Source: Deltaproteobacteria bacterium
GTDB taxonomy: Bacteria; Desulfobacterota; Syntrophia; Syntrophales; UBA2185
DNA: 64,000 nt
Assembly (NCBI GenBank): GCA_026388495.1
Contig: JAPLJQ010000408.1
Span: 1,939-65,938 of the forward strand
Direction of reading: 5' to 3'
In this document: positions 29,742-38,110 of the stretch, one piece after another
Layout of the letters: each line of letters starts with the position of its first letter
Position numbering within the stretch: the first letter of the stretch is position 1
Program-made: the position numbers and the translations under genes
The notes under the pieces: generated by a model
Told to the model about the DNA's origin: nothing
What the model saw: only the letters and a program-made list of their open reading frames with translations
Databases searched by the model: none

Positions 29742-29791
29742 GTCCGTTCTCCTTATATCCAATTATTCCAATTATTTCAGCAGTTCGCCCT

Positions 29792-30688
29792 TTACCTCCA
29801 TTGGTCGTAGGGTGTATGATCGGCAGCAATATCAAACATCATTTGCCGCCACGATGGGCACTTAAATCCCGTGGCGTCTATGAACTTGTCACCATTCAGG
29901 TTTCGCCTACATTCAAATGTATCGTCCGGCTCTATCTCGACGTCCATTTTATAGGCCTCTTTCATCAGGTTAAGCAATTCGTATTTGGAACACGTCTCAC
30001 TGGCAACATGGTAAAGCCCGTTCAAACCTGGAAATTTTTCTATCAGTTCGCACACCAGCGCGGCAAGGCGGTTCGTTGTAAGACCAGTGAAAAGCGCTTT
30101 GCAGAAGCCCTGCACATGTTTGCCGTTATGTGCCAGGAACCATTCCAGGAGTTCTGTGCCGTCGATGATCTCCCGACCTATAAAAGAAGACCTGAGAGTC
30201 AATGCACAAGGCGCCTCCACGTCACCAAGCATTTTTGTTATCCCATAAAGATCCTGAGCGTCAGGAGGGCTGTCCTCGTCGTAATTCCCTATCCTGCCGT
30301 CAAAAACGCAGACCGTACTGAAATGAATAAGACGGGCGCTGTTTTTAGTGCACCACGCCACAAGTATATGAGGGAGCAAGGCGTTGATGGCGATGTTGGA
30401 TAGTTTGTCTTCCGCTTCCCGGCTCCGTAGCGTCACGCCTGCACAATTTACGATAATCGAAGGGTGTATTTCCTCCAGGATAATTTTAAGCTGCCCGAAA
30501 TCCCGGAGATCAAGGTTGTCCACCACCGTTGGACCCTTAAAAAGGCCGCATTTTTCATAGTAGGATTTAGATTTTCTTATGGTGACATAGGTATCGGGAA
30601 ATTTCGCCGGCATAAGCTGCCAGAGCTTATGCCCCAGTGTGCCACCCCCCCCTAAGATAAGTATACGTTCTGCTTTATGCCCATTCAT
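29792..30688 (-). CDS. RmlD-like SDR reductase (WbvR-like 4-reductase candidate)
   Basis: 298 aa; ILILGGGGTLGHKL Rossmann; RmlD-sized rather than CapF/FnlB-sized (~370 aa); sits between the CapE-like and 2-epimerase genes. Confidence 0.7.
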   Translation of the reverse strand: MNGHKAERILILGGGGTLGHKLWQLMPAKFPDTYVTIRKSKSYYEKCGLFKGPTVVDNLDLRDFGQLKIILEEIHPSIIVNCAGVTLRSREAEDKLSNIAINALLPHILVAWCTKNSARLIHFSTVCVFDGRIGNYDEDSPPDAQDLYGITKMLGDVEAPCALTLRSSFIGREIIDGTELLEWFLAHNGKHVQGFCKALFTGLTTNRLAALVCELIEKFPGLNGLYHVASETCSKYELLNLMKEAYKMDVEIEPDDTFECRRNLNGDKFIDATGFKCPSWRQMMFDIAADHTPYDQWR

Positions 30689-30718
30689 TGAGTTGGAACA
30701 TTCCTCTTAAATCTGTAG

Positions 30719-31762
30719 TTATAAACGAGACGGTACATTTAAAATTATCTTACGCGTATCCAGAGCAGCCCTGACAAAGTCAAGTTTCAGCAGCAATGCA
30801 ATCAGACTATCCTCGGCAAGGCGGCGGGTATTATGAGAGTTGTAATCTTCCTGGCTGGAAACCTTGGTTTCACCCTCATTAAAATATAAGGAATAATTCA
30901 GATCCCGCACATCTGAAGAAATCCGGTAATATTTACCCATATCCTCGGCCTTTGCCATTTCTTCGCGGGTTAAAAGGGTTTCATATAACTTTTCCCCATG
31001 TCTGGTACCGATGATCCGGACCTCAGTCTTTGCATTAAAGATCCGTTTCAGTGCATTGGCCAGGGTCCCGATGGTTGCCGCCGGCGCCTTCTGGACAAAT
31101 ATATCCCCGGGATTTCCATGTTGAAACGCATAGACCACCAAATCCAGGGCGTCATCGATAGACATCATGAAGCGCGTCATATTCGGATCGGTCACCGTAA
31201 TGGGGGACTCGGATAGGATCTGGTTGATGAAGAACGGGATCACAGAGCCGCGCGAGCCCATGACATTCCCGTAACGGGTTCCACAGAAGATGGTACTTGA
31301 ATCCCCGTGAGCCCGTGCTTTGGCAATCATCATCTTTTCCATAAGCGCCTTGGACATGCCCATGGCATTGATGGGATAGACAGCCTTGTCCGTACTCAAG
31401 GCAATCATGTTTCTGACTCCGCATGCCAACGCTGCATTCATTACGTTTTCCGCACCCAGGCTATTCGTACGGACAGCTTCCAAGGGAAAGAACTCACAGG
31501 AGGGTACCTGTTTGAGTGCAGCGGCATTAAAAACCAGATCGACATTGATCATGGCCGCCAGAATGCTGTCGTAATCCCGGACATTCCCCAGGTAGAACTT
31601 CACCTTCGGATTCCGCAGTGCATTGCGCATCTCATCCTGTTTCTTTTCATCACGGGAAAAGATACGGATCTCTTTGATATCTGTTTCCAGAAAGCGGTTT
31701 AAAATAGCATTACCAAATGTGCCGGTGCCGCCTGTTATTAAAAGGATTTTGTTGTTAAACAT
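30719..31762 (-). CDS. UDP-GlcNAc 4,6-dehydratase/5-epimerase/3-epimerase (CapE/FnlA/WbvB type)
   Basis: 347 aa; ILLITGGTGTFGNAIL, AAALKQVPSCEFFP, INAMGMSKALMEK (Met-x3-Lys in place of Tyr-x3-Lys, CapE hallmark), RYGNVMGSRGSVIP. Confidence 0.9.
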   Translation of the reverse strand: MFNNKILLITGGTGTFGNAILNRFLETDIKEIRIFSRDEKKQDEMRNALRNPKVKFYLGNVRDYDSILAAMINVDLVFNAAALKQVPSCEFFPLEAVRTNSLGAENVMNAALACGVRNMIALSTDKAVYPINAMGMSKALMEKMMIAKARAHGDSSTIFCGTRYGNVMGSRGSVIPFFINQILSESPITVTDPNMTRFMMSIDDALDLVVYAFQHGNPGDIFVQKAPAATIGTLANALKRIFNAKTEVRIIGTRHGEKLYETLLTREEMAKAEDMGKYYRISSDVRDLNYSLYFNEGETKVSSQEDYNSHNTRRLAEDSLIALLLKLDFVRAALDTRKIILNVPSRL

Positions 31763-31787
31763 GAATGACTCCTTAAAGGTGTCAAAT

Positions 31788-31815
31788 GGGCTCAGAGTAA
31801 CATTAACCCCGACCC
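31788..31815. repeat. family B repeat core, copy 3
   Basis: GGGCTCAGAGTAACATTAACCCCGACCC; 18/19 match to 22887-22905; 26 bp upstream of the capE-like start codon. Confidence 0.65.
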
Positions 31816-31878
31816 TGCTATACTTGTGTCTCTCTGGGACGCCCCGCTTTACCCGGCCTGATCCCTATTATCATATAC

Positions 31879-33021
31879 TTATCTCATAATCCTTGCGAAT
31901 AATTCAAGATGGCGGTTCGCCATTTGATCCCACAGGAAGTGCTCACGGGTAAGTTTTTCCAGGTTTTGCCCCATGATCTTCAATTGGGAAGGATTGCCGG
32001 CCATGGCAAGCAATCCTTCCTGCAGCCCATCCACAGAAGCCTCGACGACCATCCCGCCCGCCACCGCGGCGACGTCATCAAAGCCGCACTGGTCTGTTAA
32101 TAAGACAGGCGTACCGGTAATGCCGGCTTCAAGAACCACGATAGACATTGCCTCCTGCCGCGAAGGTATAGCCAGAAAATCCGCTGCCCGGTAAGCATCC
32201 GCTTTTTCATCTCCACCGATGTAGCCTGTAAAATGAACCCGGTCATTTATACCGGATGCCTCAACCATTTGTTTTAATTCACGGAGCATTCCATCGTCAG
32301 GTCCTGCAAAGACGAGATGGTACGCTTTTAATTGTTCATCTTGAGAGCACCTGCAGAACGCGTCTAAAAGTATATCCGGTCCCTTAATGAGGTTCAAGCG
32401 CCCCAGAAAGAGGATCAGTGGGGCATTGCCAATGCCGTAACGCATACGGAACTTTTTCCCGTCGCTTTCAGGAAAGTCATCGGGGTTGATGCCGTTGGGA
32501 ATCACCGACACCTGGCTTGGCTGGATGTCGTATGATTTAAAATGTTCGATTTCATTTGGCGAAATGGCGATACAGCCATCAGCTTGAAGTATGATTTTCC
32601 GGCCGATGAAATGATTATAGAGCTTCTTTAAAACCTTATATCTGCCGAAGATGGGAAGACAACCGGCGGGACATACGACATAAGACTTTGCGAGCTGCTT
32701 TACGGCCCGATAGACCATGATGTTGATCAATGTCCAGTGACTCATCATGTGAACCACATCTGCATCGGCAACGAGCTTATTAATCAACCGTTGCGAGGGC
32801 TTCGGTATGTAGAAGGGCTTCCAGAGGGATGGCAAGGCGACTAAACGCACACCCCCGTTTTCGCAATGCTGTACATAATCCGAAGATAATCCCCTATCGG
32901 TTGTCAGAATCGTGCATTGATGACCCGCACGGGCAAGAGATCGGCTGATTTGAAGGGTTCTTTCCGCGGTCCCTCCCCCCGTTACGGGGTCCAGAGACAT
33001 GTTGACATTCAATATGTTCAT
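31879..33021 (-). CDS. glycosyltransferase family 4
   Basis: Start MNILNVNMSLDPVTGGGTAERT at 33021 in ATGA overlap with the upstream stop; SRQEAMSIVVLEAGITGTPVLLTDQCGF (E-x7-E). Confidence 0.85.
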   Translation of the reverse strand: MNILNVNMSLDPVTGGGTAERTLQISRSLARAGHQCTILTTDRGLSSDYVQHCENGGVRLVALPSLWKPFYIPKPSQRLINKLVADADVVHMMSHWTLINIMVYRAVKQLAKSYVVCPAGCLPIFGRYKVLKKLYNHFIGRKIILQADGCIAISPNEIEHFKSYDIQPSQVSVIPNGINPDDFPESDGKKFRMRYGIGNAPLILFLGRLNLIKGPDILLDAFCRCSQDEQLKAYHLVFAGPDDGMLRELKQMVEASGINDRVHFTGYIGGDEKADAYRAADFLAIPSRQEAMSIVVLEAGITGTPVLLTDQCGFDDVAAVAGGMVVEASVDGLQEGLLAMAGNPSQLKIMGQNLEKLTREHFLWDQMANRHLELFARIMR

Positions 33022-33959
33022 GAAGCCACAGGGCGTCTTGATGCAACTATCTGTCGAACAGCCCCTTCGACACCGAGATGGTAATGAAATCCCGTTGCCA
33101 ATAATTTTTCTGAAGAATAGCGGACATTGCCATAATTGCAGGAACCTCTCCACAGCCGTCGCAAAAAATATGGAACGATGACAGGCAGATGAGCCACAGA
33201 CGAAATTCCCTCGATGGATCGTCCTTGTTGAATCGCCTTACAAAGGGACCATAAGCCACTGAATGTGTTGAATGGCTCATAATCGCAAGAGACGATAAAG
33301 TGTGACGGTTTTTCAAAATGGGTATTCATAAAATACATAGCGGCATCAGCGACATCTTCAGCATGAACAATATGCGCACATTCACCACCTTTCAAAAAAA
33401 CAATTAACCTATCACGCCATTTGCCCCTGATCGGTAGCGCTAAAACGCCTGGCCGCCGCTCATCGATGACGTTGGTTGGTCTCAGTATCGCGATATTACA
33501 ATTATCAATTCCTTTAGCTACTAATTGTTCGGCGGCCCACTTCGATTTTTCATAAGTATTTTGGGGGTTACACTTACTTCTTTCATCGATCAACTGCTTA
33601 TCGGTTAATCCTATTACCCCGACACTGCTTAAATAACAGAAATAGGCGATTTTCGATGAAGGAATTAAATTCAATATCCTTTCGGTACCTAATACATTGA
33701 TATCCCACATTTTTGATTCGTTATGAAGTTCGGCGGCACAGTGAAAAAGATGTGATACATTGTTTAAAAATAATCGCAATACTCGCTCATCCGCAACATC
33801 ACCGACGAATGCCTGCGTATTGTCGATATGAAATGATTTCTTTCTTGTTAAAATTCTTACTTCATAGCCTTCTTGCAACAATTTCTGAGTTATCTTACTT
33901 CCGACCATGCCAGAAGCGCCTGTAATTGCCGCTATACCCTTAGACTTGCCATGTATCAT
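33018..33959 (-). CDS. NAD-dependent epimerase/dehydratase (SDR)
   Basis: AAITGASGMVGSKI Rossmann; YEKSKWAAEQ (YxxxK); ATG at 33959 (GTG at 33965 also possible). Confidence 0.8.
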   Translation of the reverse strand: MIHGKSKGIAAITGASGMVGSKITQKLLQEGYEVRILTRKKSFHIDNTQAFVGDVADERVLRLFLNNVSHLFHCAAELHNESKMWDINVLGTERILNLIPSSKIAYFCYLSSVGVIGLTDKQLIDERSKCNPQNTYEKSKWAAEQLVAKGIDNCNIAILRPTNVIDERRPGVLALPIRGKWRDRLIVFLKGGECAHIVHAEDVADAAMYFMNTHFEKPSHFIVSCDYEPFNTFSGLWSLCKAIQQGRSIEGISSVAHLPVIVPYFLRRLWRGSCNYGNVRYSSEKLLATGFHYHLGVEGAVRQIVASRRPVAS

Positions 33960-33988
33960 TTTCACATTTAGGAACGCCGATATTTTGA

Positions 33989-35044
33989 TTATTTTAAAGC
34001 CGTTATCACTTCGTTAGCTCTATGCACCCATGTATGTTCACTTAATACTCTTTTCTTGCCGCGCTCGGATATGGTTTTACGTAAATCATCATTCTTTAAA
34101 TAGAAATCTGTTTTACTTTTGAGTTCATTAATATTTCTAAATGTGACCATTTCTTTGTCTATCTCGAAATGCTTCTCAACATTCTTTTTATAATCAACTA
34201 TTTCAAAAGCACCACAAGCCGGAATATCAAATGTCCGTGTATTTAAACCCTCTATAGAGTGAGGATGATGAATATTAAGAACTATCTTTGAAGAAAGATA
34301 GATTTTATTTACAGTTTCACCCGTTGCTTTACCTTTATAATAGGCTGGGGTTTTCATTCCCTTAAGCATAAAATACTTTGCCCAATGATCACCAAAGACA
34401 CCTATCTTGTAGTTACGGAGATTTTCAAAAATTTCTACCCTGTTCTCGAAGGGGAGTCCTATAAAACAAACATCATAAGCATAGACATGCCTATCTTGAT
34501 CTGTCACCGTAATTTCACTATATCGATTTGGATTTGTCGCCAATGGTAAATATCTTACATTTTTTGCCCCTTGTCTTTTAATCTCATCTATGTAGAAGGT
34601 ATCAAATACAAAAATAAAATCATACCAAAGTACGCAATTTTTAAAATTAGACTTCCTATAATCATCCTGATTATTATTATGCGTATAAAAAGGTTCATCC
34701 CAAACATAACCCACAACAGGACATGACAATACTTCCTTTATTTTTTCCAAAGTTGCGGGGAAAACAAAGTCGCCTTTTATTATAAATAATAAATCTGGCC
34801 TCTCTTTAGATACTACGGAAAGAAATTCCTTATTTTCTTTAATTAAACTCGCCTTAAGAATTGGATTAAAAATCGGCTTCAGCATCGGAAGTTTTGTTCC
34901 AATTTTACTGGCAACGCTTTCTAATATTGTGAACGGTACGTGATTTATCAATAGGGTCTTAAAACCCAAAGCCTCAAATGCGTCCTTGATATCGGTGTCA
35001 ATTCCATAATATTTTGGAGCGCTAATCAGGACGCTTTTATTCAT
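33989..35044 (-). CDS. CgeB-like / DUF3880-type glycosyltransferase
   Basis: 351 aa; C-terminal IVLNIHHPHSIEGLNTRTFDIPACGAFEIVDYKKNVEKHFE resembles the CgeB/Glyco_trans_1_2 family. Confidence 0.6.
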   Translation of the reverse strand: MNKSVLISAPKYYGIDTDIKDAFEALGFKTLLINHVPFTILESVASKIGTKLPMLKPIFNPILKASLIKENKEFLSVVSKERPDLLFIIKGDFVFPATLEKIKEVLSCPVVGYVWDEPFYTHNNNQDDYRKSNFKNCVLWYDFIFVFDTFYIDEIKRQGAKNVRYLPLATNPNRYSEITVTDQDRHVYAYDVCFIGLPFENRVEIFENLRNYKIGVFGDHWAKYFMLKGMKTPAYYKGKATGETVNKIYLSSKIVLNIHHPHSIEGLNTRTFDIPACGAFEIVDYKKNVEKHFEIDKEMVTFRNINELKSKTDFYLKNDDLRKTISERGKKRVLSEHTWVHRANEVITALK

Positions 35045-35973
35045 TGATGTGTTGCTCTGATGACAGACCGCTCAGATTTCATATGGACGAGTCCAACTTT
35101 AACACCGATAGTTTTCAAGCCCAGCTCATTTTCCATTTTTAATGTATCGAAAGAGGTATCTCTGGGACGAGGCGCAAGCCCAGGAAAATAAGAATCCGGA
35201 ACCGGAGTGATTAATTTTGTATCCAGGTCAAAAACTTCCGCGACCTTTAAGGCAAACTGGTAAAGGGATAAATGATCTCTACCAGCCACATGGTATATGC
35301 CAGTTCTATGTTGGCGAATCACTTCCCATACGCTTTCTGCACACGACCAAGCGAGAAGCGGTTTGGTAAATACATTATCTACAACCTTTATAGGCTTGCC
35401 ATCTTCCAGGGAACGCACCCACCATACTACGGGGTTATCACGTTCACCTGGGTATGGCCAACCATACATCAAGATGGGCCGCACGATGGCCCAAGGGATG
35501 CTACTTTCACGAACAATATTTTCGGCTTCGACCTTAAGTTGCCCATAGTAGTTGATCGGGTTTACTGGCGCAGTTTCGGAGTAAAACGGGGTACGACCGT
35601 CAAATACAGCATTTGAGGATATATAAATGAGTCGAGATTTGAAAATTTGGCACAGTGCAGCAACGACCTCCGTACCACCTACATTGACTTTTCTAGTCTC
35701 TTCGCGATTCCTTTCAGCAAAATCAACGCTTCCGATAGCGGCCGTATGAATAACAACATCCGGCTTGGCCCATTCAAAAACTGATTGCATCTGCATCATA
35801 TCTGTCACATCAGCGGCAAGAATAGGAAAGGGCAGTGCTATTGGCAAAGAACGTTCAGGAAAATAAATTGAGAATCCTTGTATGTCCGTAGGCGCCGACT
35901 GCTGGATGGCAACACCGAGCAACCCAGTTCCGCCGGTAATAAGAACCCGTTTGACTGCCTTTAAATTTGCCAA
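35041..35973 (-). CDS. RmlD-like NAD(P)-dependent sugar reductase (dTDP-4-dehydrorhamnose reductase family)
   Basis: 310 aa; VLITGGTGLLGVAI; YGQLKVEAE (YxxxK); TTG start with AAGGTGG RBS 7 nt upstream. Confidence 0.75.
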   Translation of the reverse strand: MANLKAVKRVLITGGTGLLGVAIQQSAPTDIQGFSIYFPERSLPIALPFPILAADVTDMMQMQSVFEWAKPDVVIHTAAIGSVDFAERNREETRKVNVGGTEVVAALCQIFKSRLIYISSNAVFDGRTPFYSETAPVNPINYYGQLKVEAENIVRESSIPWAIVRPILMYGWPYPGERDNPVVWWVRSLEDGKPIKVVDNVFTKPLLAWSCAESVWEVIRQHRTGIYHVAGRDHLSLYQFALKVAEVFDLDTKLITPVPDSYFPGLAPRPRDTSFDTLKMENELGLKTIGVKVGLVHMKSERSVIRATHQ

Positions 35974-36240
35974 AATATTACCACCTTTTCTTTAGCTTGA
36001 GAACTTTGCAAAAGTTCCTTGGACTAACCGTTATGTTAACGTGCGAGATAGCCATTTGGATTGTGTGAAAACTGTAGTGGACTGGTTAAACATGATCTAT
36101 CATCGCAAAAGTTCTTGCTCCAGACGATCGGCTGACCAAGTTGAAAAAACAAGCAGTAAGAATTATTGGACATTTCTGTTGCCATAAGCCATTCGGGATA
36201 GCCGTTTTAAAAACTGAGCAATTAACCGAAAATTCAGGTC

Positions 36241-37989
36241 TCAAGAGAATGAGATTTGATTATTGTATTCTTCTTCCGGAACCTCTTGTTTTAGAACCTT
36301 TCCATTAATAAATCTCAACGCATCTTCGGTAGCTTCAATTTCCATTTTGGCTCTACAATCATTGGTCATAGAGCCCATGTGACAGCTTAAAAAACAATTA
36401 TCTAATTCAACGAGATTACCCGTATATGGTTCATCCTCAAAAACATCTATTGCCGCACCGGTAATTCTGTTGTTTTTCAAGGCATCAAAAAGGTCTTTCT
36501 CATTGATGATTCCCCCCCTTGACGTATTAATAATTACAGATTGGTGTTTCATAATTTCAATTTCATTTTTTGTTATAAGATTCTTTGAGAGAGGAGATAA
36601 TGGGATATGAAGCGAAATAATGTCTGCTGTTGCATAAATAGTTTCTTTATCAACGTGTTGAGCATGATACATTTCGTAGAGATTATTGTTTGGCTTCAGG
36701 TCGTTGACCAAAATTTTGCGAGGATCAAAACCCTGCAAATGACGCAAAACAATGCTTCCTATTCTACCGGTGCCAATGATTCCGATGGTTTTTGTAGCAA
36801 TTCGTTCTCCGTTAATTCGTTGCCAAATACCTGAACGTAGTTTACGGTCGATTAGCGGCAAGTAACGCATAAGGTTAAGCATGTGGGCTATAGTGAGTTC
36901 GCCTACAGCGGCAGAGGGTGCATCGGGCGTGTAAGTTACCCTTATGCCCAAATCACGAGCGGCCTGTAGGTCAACGCCGTCTACCCCTATACCCACACGC
37001 GCAATTAGTTTCAGGCGTTTCGAATTTTCCATGACCTTGCGAGTGATTTTTTCAGTACCTGCAATAACCACGTCATAATCTTTATATAAATCTTTACATT
37101 CTTCTTCTTTTAATCTGCGTCCGATGGGATTAATAACATATTTAAGATTAAGTTGATCATTAAGAAGATGAATTGGTTTGGGATCGATATTGCCGAATGG
37201 CACGGTACTAATAAAAACTCGTTTCTCCCCTTTTTTGATAATTCCAATTTGGCTTGATGAATTCTCAACATTTTTTTTTTCAATTTCTTTATAGGATAAA
37301 TGTTGGTCGTCAAATCCATTTTGCTTCAACCATCTTTCTACAATCGGAACTTGCCAGATGTAATCTATATCCCAAATTCCATCCTGTTGAATTACAGGAT
37401 AAATGTTTGACCCCAACACGCTTTCAAAAGAATCATCTTTCGTTATTGAGTTTAAAATTACATCTGTTTTTACAGTCATTATTCGACGGTCAAGAAAGTA
37501 CACATTATCAGTAGAATGTGTTGTTGTTCGTCGTATTAAATGATTCTCTTTAAGGTCAAAAATACTGTCGGGGCTAAATTCGGCTCTATGCATAGCCGAA
37601 GCCACCGAATGATAAGATGGGTTTTTTTCCAACTGACTAATGTTGTTGTCAATCATAGTAGGGAGAATGCAGGGTGAATTGCCAAGCAAAATTGTTACGG
37701 TACGAGGCGTATCACCTAATAGTTTGACACTTTGATGAACAGCATTTCGGACTTCTTCGGTAAGAGTGGGTTGTGAATGCTCACGAATCAGCAGGTTCAG
37801 TCCATTCATATTTTTTCCTATTTCTGCCACTTGATTAGAATCGGTGGATAAGAAAACCGATTGAATTTCGATGGAGTTTAAGGCCGCCAAAATTGGGTAT
37901 TTGATGATTGGTCTTCCTAAAATTGGAAATGTGAATCGGTTGAAACTTAAATTTTCTTCTTTCGCAAAAATTATTGCAATATGTTTCAT
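36241..37989 (-). CDS. fusion protein: CMP-type cytidylyltransferase-like N-domain + D-isomer-specific 2-hydroxyacid dehydrogenase C-domain
   Basis: N-term HIAIIFAKEENLSFNRFTFPILGRPIIKYPILAA (CTP_transf_3-like); C-term IGIIGTGRIGSIVLRHL (GxGxxG), SRGGIINEKDL, DVFEDEP (SerA/GyaR-like); ATG at 37989 with GGAGGA RBS. Confidence 0.75.
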   Translation of the reverse strand: MKHIAIIFAKEENLSFNRFTFPILGRPIIKYPILAALNSIEIQSVFLSTDSNQVAEIGKNMNGLNLLIREHSQPTLTEEVRNAVHQSVKLLGDTPRTVTILLGNSPCILPTMIDNNISQLEKNPSYHSVASAMHRAEFSPDSIFDLKENHLIRRTTTHSTDNVYFLDRRIMTVKTDVILNSITKDDSFESVLGSNIYPVIQQDGIWDIDYIWQVPIVERWLKQNGFDDQHLSYKEIEKKNVENSSSQIGIIKKGEKRVFISTVPFGNIDPKPIHLLNDQLNLKYVINPIGRRLKEEECKDLYKDYDVVIAGTEKITRKVMENSKRLKLIARVGIGVDGVDLQAARDLGIRVTYTPDAPSAAVGELTIAHMLNLMRYLPLIDRKLRSGIWQRINGERIATKTIGIIGTGRIGSIVLRHLQGFDPRKILVNDLKPNNNLYEMYHAQHVDKETIYATADIISLHIPLSPLSKNLITKNEIEIMKHQSVIINTSRGGIINEKDLFDALKNNRITGAAIDVFEDEPYTGNLVELDNCFLSCHMGSMTNDCRAKMEIEATEDALRFINGKVLKQEVPEEEYNNQISFS

Positions 37990-38110
37990 CTTATCCTCCA
38001 TTTGTCACATCACAGAAATCATGTTTGTTCGCAGGGATATAAAAAAAGGCTACCTAAGAACCCCCCAAAAACAGCGACTTTCAAAATTCTTTTCCTTACT
38101 ATTTACGTTG

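Noticed and set aside
4340-36185. GGACATTT(CT) motif shared by the 4340/4365 repeats, 11408 and about 36170, considered as a locus-wide regulator site
   Set aside because: About two occurrences of an 8-mer are expected by chance in 128 kb of two-strand sequence. At least one further match lies inside coding DNA (about 34233). The support is insufficient.
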